Position numbers and translations under genes: made by a program. A stretch of DNA of 63,926 nt, counting the filler, from Aduncisulcus paluster (lineage: Eukaryota), in assembly GCA_024181965.1 (NCBI GenBank). It is 41 parts of 41 records of this genome, joined end to end, with 100 filler letters (N's around TTAATTAATTAA, not from the genome) between each part and the next. Parts side by side here need not be neighbours in the genome. Positions count along the whole stretch, not along the records: positions 58,989 to 60,168 come from BQXS01001535.1; positions 60,269 to 61,587 come from BQXS01001538.1; positions 61,688 to 62,720 come from BQXS01001547.1; positions 62,821 to 63,926 come from BQXS01001555.1; 37 more parts are not named here. One strand, 5' to 3'. A model generated the notes under the pieces. The model did not search any database, had not been told where the DNA came from, and saw only the letters and a program-made list of their open reading frames with translations. Position 1 is the first letter of the stretch. The number at the start of each line of letters is the position of its first letter. Below, piece by piece: positions 59,295-63,926 of this stretch.

Positions 59295-59613
59295 TAATTA
59301 CATATCAAAGGTAATTATTGTAGATTGGTTGTAAAAAAATGGTGTGTGTGTTAGATTTCCTCAAAAATAATATTTGGTCTTACCCATCTCATTGGAAACT
59401 TTGTTATTTGATAATAAATACAATTTAAAGAAGAAACATATGTTATATTTAAAATTATGTTAATAGAGTGAAGATAAACTTTTCATAACGTCAAGAAAAT
59501 GGAATCGACATTCCAGAAGAGATGTTGCATAATATTACAACATAAGTTTCAAAAATAGACTTGAATATCTCAATAATTCCAAGAACTATTATTATTTATT
59601 TGTGAAATTTTTC

Positions 59614-60168
59614 CTACAAGGAAGAAAAGACTCCTTTTACATCATCAAGCATTCTCTTCAATTCCAATTTGATCTCATCAACTCCATGTTCCTTTATATC
59701 GCAATTTATACTCCCTGAAAGGATATTAATCACAATATTTTCAACTTTAATACAAGGAAACTCGAGTTTCGAGACCAAGGGGTATCGTAAAGTGGCAAAA
59801 TCAAAGAATAATTCGTATATATCTTGATTACGATCATTTTCAACCATTTTAGTGATTGATATTTGCGATGCTTCATGTTTTGGATGTTCAGAAGATGATA
59901 ATTCCACTGGATCCTTTTCCTCTTCTTTCTCCTCTTTTTCTTCCTCTTTTTCTTCCTTTTTCACAATTCCATCTGCATATTTATCCCCAATATCAGTATT
60001 TTCAAGTTTAATTTCGTCCATCGTGAGAATATCGGTTTTTCCGGCATTCTCATCTCCTTCGGGCTCCTTCTTACCATCGGACACTACTATTCCTTCCTCA
60101 ATTGAAGATAATGATGTCTTTGAGACCTTTTCCTCAGAAGAAAACATTTCACAAACACTCTCTCCAAC
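59614..60168 (-). CDS. Glu-rich eukaryotic protein C-terminus
   Basis: Open frame of >175 codons. Confidence 0.5.
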   Translation of the reverse strand, partial: VGESVCEMFSSEEKVSKTSLSSIEEGIVVSDGKKEPEGDENAGKTDILTMDEIKLENTDIGDKYADGIVKKEEKEEEKEEKEEEKDPVELSSSEHPKHEASQISITKMVENDRNQDIYELFFDFATLRYPLVSKLEFPCIKVENIVINILSGSINCDIKEHGVDEIKLELKRMLDDVKGVFSSL

Positions 60169-60268
60169 NNNNNNNNNNNNNNNNNNNNNNNNNNNNNNNN
60201 NNNNNNNNNNNNTTAATTAATTAANNNNNNNNNNNNNNNNNNNNNNNNNNNNNNNNNNNNNNNNNNNN

Positions 60269-60526
60269 GTGGCAAAGGTGGAAGGAGAGCATACTCTTGA
60301 AGAAATGAAGAGGATTGCTGCCAGTGGAGAAAACGAATTTCTGGTAGATTGCCTCTTAGATCACAGAGGCAAGTCCAAGAAGGACTTGGAATTCCTGGTT
60401 TCCTGGAGTGGTTACGAACCTGAGGAGAGTACATGGGAACCCCTCAGAGAGCTGAAGGATACTATTGCCTTAGACGAATACCTTGAAGAACATGAAGAGC
60501 TGAAACATGTTATCGGTCACATCTGA
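60269..60526 (+). mobile_element. Chromodomain C-terminus, probably of a chromovirus-type integrase
   Basis: FLVDCLLDHR...EFLVSWSGYEPEESTWEPLREL. Confidence 0.75.
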
Positions 60527-60943
60527 TACAGATGGAGGTAAAGAATGCAGGGAATATTGAAAATCCTTGAGGTGAACATTAGTAAAACAGTGACTTTATG
60601 TGAACAATATGAAAATTGAAACTCGCTGTGTGAACATTATGAAAACTAATTGTGTGAACATAAATAAAAATATAAATATAAAACAAAAATCTGCACTAGA
60701 GAGATACGAGGTTATTTCTCTCTAGTAAGTGCCCTAGTGGTATGACTGGTCGAGGCGATATCGCTATCGTCACGACATGAGTCGGCGCAACATTTGCGCC
60801 AGGATCGGTGACAGAGGGAAAAGTACAGTGATCCACCGAAAAAACGGGGGGGGGCTCTATAATCTAAGAGCCCCCCGTCGGATACCGGACTAACTTTCCT
60901 CTATATTGCGACCCTGGTAAGTTGTGGGCGTCCATGGAATTCA

Positions 60944-61026
60944 TGGAAGATCGCGGATTCGAACTTGGAACCCGGATGTGGCCAATGCTGCAAAACCAGA
61001 GTGCATACCCGCTGAGCTATGACTCC
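60944..61026 (-). pseudogene. tRNA-like sequence (Gln-TTG-like pseudogene or SINE head)
   Basis: A box TAGCTCAGCGG, B box GTTCGAATCC, arm TCTGG-TTTTG-[13 nt]-AT-CCGGG; acceptor and T stems mismatched. Confidence 0.6.
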
Positions 61027-61350
61027 TTAATAATATAAAATTGCATTTTTCACAAAAAGAGGTCAATCTGGGAACATAAGCTCATTTTTCGATATCTGTC
61101 GTCAGAATTGACTTTTGTTGACTTCGATGTTTTTGAGGTCTTCAAGGGAAATTGAGTATAACCTTGATAATAGATTATCTGGTTATGGAAGGCAGAGTGT
61201 ATTAGACTTGAAATAAATTATAACAGCTTATAATTTATTTCTATAATTATATTTTATCTACTTTTATTATCGTTTTACTTCTTTCTCGATGTTCTATTTA
61301 TAGATGAACGCTGTTGAAATATTTCTAATAAATTTGACTCAAGCATTACT

Positions 61351-61587
61351 GGCACAGAATCAACTACTGCTCATGAAGCTGCAACAACTCTTATGGACAA
61401 GGTTGTTGCTCGATTTGGAGTCCCAGAATCAGTAATCTCAGATGGTGGTGGCCAGTATGCTTGCTATCTTATGGACCATCTCTGGGATACCTTTGGCACG
61501 AAACACCATGTAACCACAGCGGGCCACTCCAACTCAAATGGTGCCATTGAAAGAGTCAACAGAGAGGTAAAGAGGCACCTTTACGCT
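61351..61587 (+). mobile_element. Retrotransposon integrase core fragment, 5'-truncated
   Basis: RFGVPESVISDGGGQY...HSNSNGAIERVNR. Confidence 0.85.
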
Positions 61588-61687
61588 NNNNNNNNNNNNN
61601 NNNNNNNNNNNNNNNNNNNNNNNNNNNNNNNTTAATTAATTAANNNNNNNNNNNNNNNNNNNNNNNNNNNNNNNNNNNNNNNNNNNN

Positions 61688-62611
61688 TGGTGGCCGGTGG
61701 GGTTTGTCTTTTCGTCCATGCGGGACGGCCTCCCGGCAAAAGTCAAAATCCGGCTACCAAAGCCGTTACCTTGGCTGGATGAAGATCTGCGTTACTGGCA
61801 GGTCCCCGCCGGTGATGTTCCGCGTGGTTATCTGGCTCCGTATCTGATTGCCGGGAATCATAATTTTAAAATATGGGTCCTCGTGGAGACCGACCGGGAC
61901 GCTTATCTGGTTTGGTCCGCCTGTCGTGGGCTTCCTGTCGGAGCTATGGCTGTGGGCGCAGCCGGTGGGCGTCCCGATGCTTATGCCGCAAAAATTCTGC
62001 GCAATTCTGAATTGATTCTGGATGCGCTTGATAATGATTTTGCTGGCCGAAAGGCTTCGTGGGATTTCTGGCATAAGGAATTTCCCAATTCACGCCGCTG
62101 GCCCGTGCCGCCTCGGTTGGGCAAGGACGTCGGTGATGTTGTTCGTCCGCTCTGGCTGGAGCGCTACCAGTTCGCGCTTGATGATTTTTACAACATAGCC
62201 CTCGATGCATTTTATCTCGATATCCGCAGCTGGATACTCGCCGGGATTCCCGCGCGGGTCAAACGGGCGGTGAATCAAAGTATGGCTGCTGCCAAGCCTG
62301 CCCCAGCTCCGGTCAAGCCGCCACCACCTCCACCAAAGCCGAAAAGCCGAATGGAAAAGGTCATGGAAGAGGTTGCAAAGTTCCCGGATTACTTCGAGCC
62401 CTTCAAGGAATTCTGTGACCTGATCAAGGGTAAGCCGGTCGGGTTCTACCGTAACGAGTTCGGCGGGATTTACGTGGACAGCCTCAAGCCTGAATGGGGC
62501 CAGAAACATCATGAAACCATGCAAGCCATCTGGAAAATGTGGGTAGATCACGAATGTTTGCAAGAAATTATCGAATACTATTTCCCGGATCGGATTAAGG
62601 AGCGGATATGA
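61688..62611 (+). CDS. Phage-type primase: TOPRIM domain plus C-terminal domain, 5' truncated
   Basis: VLVETDRDA and ALDNDFAG (E...DxD), GKDVGD. Confidence 0.7.
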   Translation, partial: WWPVGFVFSSMRDGLPAKVKIRLPKPLPWLDEDLRYWQVPAGDVPRGYLAPYLIAGNHNFKIWVLVETDRDAYLVWSACRGLPVGAMAVGAAGGRPDAYAAKILRNSELILDALDNDFAGRKASWDFWHKEFPNSRRWPVPPRLGKDVGDVVRPLWLERYQFALDDFYNIALDAFYLDIRSWILAGIPARVKRAVNQSMAAAKPAPAPVKPPPPPPKPKSRMEKVMEEVAKFPDYFEPFKEFCDLIKGKPVGFYRNEFGGIYVDSLKPEWGQKHHETMQAIWKMWVDHECLQEIIEYYFPDRIKERI

Positions 62612-62820
62612 TCGAAAATGCAAATGAACTATATAAATTTTTGAAGAAAAACGGGTATCTCGGGTCTCGTTCAACTGTTTATAATCAGTGCGATTTTGGC
62701 GGGAAGCTTCAACCGACATGNNNNNNNNNNNNNNNNNNNNNNNNNNNNNNNNNNNNNNNNNNNNTTAATTAATTAANNNNNNNNNNNNNNNNNNNNNNNN
62801 NNNNNNNNNNNNNNNNNNNN

Positions 62821-63414
62821 TCTTCTATTTTTCATACTTACTATGATATGCCTTTACAACATATCTCTTCAAGCGTTTTAAAAACGATGAAACGAGGTAA
62901 AGGTTCTGAACAACTTAAAGATTTGATGCAACATATGAAAAATCAAGAAAATAGTTTTACAAGATCAACATTTATTGTTGGACATCCAGGCGAAACACAA
63001 GAAGATTTTGATGAACTTTGTGAATATTTAGAATCATACAGATTTGACAGAGTAAATGTATTTTCTTATAGTGATGAAGATGGAACAGGTGCTTATGATT
63101 TTGAAAATAAAGTTGAACAAGAGCTTATTGATGAGCGAGCTGAAATTTTAGGTGATATTATCTCTAAAATCACTCAAGAGAAACTAGAAGAGGAAGTAGG
63201 TAAAACTTTTGAAGTTGTTGTTGATGGAGAAAGTAGTGAACATGAGTATCTTTTAAGTGCAAGAAAATTATCATGGGCACCAGATATCGATGGTGAAATA
63301 TATATCAATGACAATGAGTTAAATGAAGAGATCAAATTTGGTGTAGTGTATAGTGCTAAAGTTACAGAGTTAAGTGGTGATAAGCTCATTGCAACAATCA
63401 TAAAAAAAGTATAG
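62821..63414 (+). CDS. rimO: Ribosomal protein S12 methylthiotransferase, C-terminal part
   Basis: DMPLQH, RSTFIVGHPGE, FSYSDEDGT, WAPDIDG. Confidence 0.95.
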   Translation, partial: SSIFHTYYDMPLQHISSSVLKTMKRGKGSEQLKDLMQHMKNQENSFTRSTFIVGHPGETQEDFDELCEYLESYRFDRVNVFSYSDEDGTGAYDFENKVEQELIDERAEILGDIISKITQEKLEEEVGKTFEVVVDGESSEHEYLLSARKLSWAPDIDGEIYINDNELNEEIKFGVVYSAKVTELSGDKLIATIIKKV

Positions 63415-63433
63415 TTATTTAACTATACTTTTT
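63404..63433. terminator. Hairpin between convergent genes
   Basis: AAAAAGTATAGTT-attt-AACTATACTTTTT. Confidence 0.6.
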
Positions 63434-63450
63434 ATTTTTATAGAAACAAT

Positions 63451-63926
63451 TTAAACATCTTTAAACTGTTCTCTCACCTTTAGAAACTCATCTAAATTAT
63501 CAAAAAAGATATCAATAAGTTTAGGATCAAAATGTTTTCCTCTCTCTTCTTTAAAGAGATTAAAAATGCGTGCATCATCCCATGCTTTTTTATATACACG
63601 GTCACTGCCTAAAGCATCAAATACATCTGCAACAGCAGTAATACGCCCAGCAATATGAATATCTTCACCTTGTAGCTTTCTAGGGTACCCACTTCCATCC
63701 CATTTTTCATGATGTTCATACGCTACAGTTGCGGCTAATTGAAGAAGTGGTCTATGTGAATTTTTTAACATCTCATAGCCTAGTTTTGCATGAGTATCCA
63801 TAACTCGTCTTTCCTCTTCATCAAATCGTCCTGGTTTATTTAAAATAGCATCTGGAATTGCAACTTTACCAATATCATGCATTGGGCTTGCTTGCTTTAA
63901 TAGCTCTGCTTTCTCTTCTGATAATC
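63451..63926 (-). CDS. HD-GYP phosphodiesterase domain, C-terminus
   Basis: MHDIGK, HHEKWDGSGYP, ADVFDAL, GKHFDP. Confidence 0.95.
   Translation of the reverse strand, partial: LSEEKAELLKQASPMHDIGKVAIPDAILNKPGRFDEEERRVMDTHAKLGYEMLKNSHRPLLQLAATVAYEHHEKWDGSGYPRKLQGEDIHIAGRITAVADVFDALGSDRVYKKAWDDARIFNLFKEERGKHFDPKLIDIFFDNLDEFLKVREQFKDV

Noticed and set aside
60910-60925. ACTTACC on the minus strand as a U1 snRNA 5' end, or the region as a hammerhead ribozyme
   Set aside because: The motif is partly sequestered in a stem, no U1 loop or Sm-site layout follows, and no CUGAUGA/GAAA core is present.

Overview
This window is not one locus. It is 41 short contigs/scaffolds joined by an artificial N-TTAATTAATTAA-N six-frame-stop linker, so nothing can be inferred from adjacency across linkers. 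The pieces come from a mixed community. (1) A divergent flagellated eukaryote, probably a fornicate such as Aduncisulcus or a Carpediemonas-like organism (inference): 18S and 28S rDNA, dynein heavy chain, a repeat-domain kinase, and many Ty3/gypsy and non-LTR retroelement fragments. (2) AT-rich Campylobacterota: fbaA, hisC, polA, ftsH, plsX, cbiD, cusA and an integron. (3) Bacteroidota: a B12 riboswitch with a TonB receptor, and DUF6261. (4) A high-GC mycobacterium: NRPS, lpdA and a prophage tape measure gene. (5) A Bradyrhizobium-like fragment, an IS256 contig and a phage-type primase. The strongest candidate for an undescribed system is a phased 42-bp array of palindromic TTTCC-N8-GGAAA repeats with 22-nt variable spacers directly upstream of a Bacteroidota DUF6261 gene (15206-15373). 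Also notable: a Campylobacterota integron (intI-attI-[yefM/yoeB]-attC), an LTR with its PPT and a possible nested older LTR, a tRNA-headed structured element next to a chromodomain retroelement, a Dabb-PpnP fusion, and a rearranged metal-efflux locus. All family calls are by motif recognition; no database search was run.
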